The notes beneath the pieces were generated by a model. It worked only from the letters and a program-made list of their open reading frames with translations, did no database searches and was not told the origin of the DNA. Both the position numbers and the translations under genes were made by a program. Source: a virus (taxonomy: Duplodnaviria; Heunggongvirae; Uroviricota; Caudoviricetes). From it: a stretch of DNA of 46,150 nt. Within the stretch, counting starts at the first letter, position 1; every line of letters begins with the position of its first letter. The stretch lies in IMG/VR virus record IMGVR_UViG_2695420763_000017, positions 1 to 46,150 of that record; one strand, written 5' to 3'. Of the stretch, positions 45,371 to 46,150 are shown one piece after another.

Positions 45371-46150
45371 ATGAAGATGCCCTCAATCAAAGTTATTTCA
45401 CTTATATTAATAGCTATTGTATGGTATTTTTACTTTTCTCATTTCAATCATTGGGATAGCCCGTTAGATATCTTTAATGCTAGCAAATGGATGGGTTTTT
45501 CCAATGATAAAGGTGATTGGGGCACTTTCGGGGATTTTGTAGGAGGTGTGCTTAATCCTATCTTGACCTTCATTACAATTGTTATGCTCATTAATTCCTT
45601 GAAACTTCAACGAGAAGCAAACGAGCAACTAATTAAAGACGAAAGAAGACAAGAGAAAGACGTTCTTCTAAAACGGTTTGAAGACGGTTTTTATAACCTT
45701 ATCTCTTCAGAAAGAGAGGAGTTTAGTTGTTTTACTATTAACATTAACGGAAAAGAATACCGCTCATCTGCTGCTGTTAGTGAATTGGAAGAGGCAATAT
45801 GGGCTTTTATTGAGAAACAAATAGATGAAAAAGGAGCTTGCGAAATTGAGGATGTTAAAAATTACATAAATAAAATTGATGAGGATTCATCTATGGCAAT
45901 ATTTTCCATGGTGCGATGTGTATATGTTGTTTTTAAGGTTGTTAAGGATAAATGCCCTGAAGAACATCAAGATTACTACTTAGATATTTTTATGAATATG
46001 TTACCAGTTAAACTGGTAAATTTAGTTGCTATTGTGTCTGTGTATATGGACTGGAAAAACGTAAAATATATTATTGATGGTGGAAAAGGATTTTCGGATA
46101 ATGAAGCAGTTAAAGAATATATTAATACTTGGAAGGAGTTTCATGAATAA
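45371..46150 (+). CDS. hypothetical membrane protein (259 aa; two N-terminal TM helices plus charged domain)
   Basis: ATG immediately follows upstream TAA; TM1 about residues 6-22, TM2 about 53-76; stop TAA at window end. Confidence 0.7.
   Translation: MKMPSIKVISLILIAIVWYFYFSHFNHWDSPLDIFNASKWMGFSNDKGDWGTFGDFVGGVLNPILTFITIVMLINSLKLQREANEQLIKDERRQEKDVLLKRFEDGFYNLISSEREEFSCFTININGKEYRSSAAVSELEEAIWAFIEKQIDEKGACEIEDVKNYINKIDEDSSMAIFSMVRCVYVVFKVVKDKCPEEHQDYYLDIFMNMLPVKLVNLVAIVSVYMDWKNVKYIIDGGKGFSDNEAVKEYINTWKEFHE

Overview
This 46 kb window is dense with mobile-element DNA and reads as three parts. (1) 1 to ~31.5 kb is the late half of a temperate lambdoid prophage with a mosaic virion module: nin-type genes (PerC-like regulator, LexA-DNA-binding-domain-like protein, RusA, KilA-N, DUF968-like), a Q-like antiterminator with a tR'-like terminator, a low-GC moron, a lysis cassette (two holin-like proteins, GH19 endolysin, Rz with embedded Rz1), HNH endonuclease, presumed cos, TerS and TerL, HK97-type portal, protease and capsid, then a Mu-like contractile tail (sheath, tube, chaperone with a -1 frameshift site, tape measure, gp43 to gp48-like baseplate, fibre, fibre assembly). 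It ends in ~5.5 kb of AT-rich cargo: a NeuD/PglD-like acyltransferase with a MaoC-like hydratase, a 517-aa HTH plus HNH nuclease, and two small membrane proteins. (2) 31521-31566 is a 46-nt copy of the 3' half of a tRNA-Thr(CGU), i.e. an att core. (3) 31.7 to ~44 kb is a P4/PICI-like integrative module: P4-family integrase, a cargo gene, a palindromic operator array, AlpA, an antirepressor-like gene, an Arc-like repressor with a divergent switch, a tightly coupled small-gene operon, a primase/SF3-helicase, an iteron origin, ProQ/FinO-like and PerC-like genes, and lipoprotein/membrane genes. The last 2 kb holds a repeat-rich junction and a very AT-rich two-gene cassette of unknown function. The best candidates for an undescribed system are that terminal cassette, the HTH-HNH cargo with its duplicated leader elements, and the Q-lysis moron. 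Whether parts 1 and 3 are two tandem elements or one circularly permuted phage genome cannot be settled from this window. All calls come from reading the sequence and the translated ORFs by eye and from memory of protein families; no database search or computation was run, and start codons are approximate.
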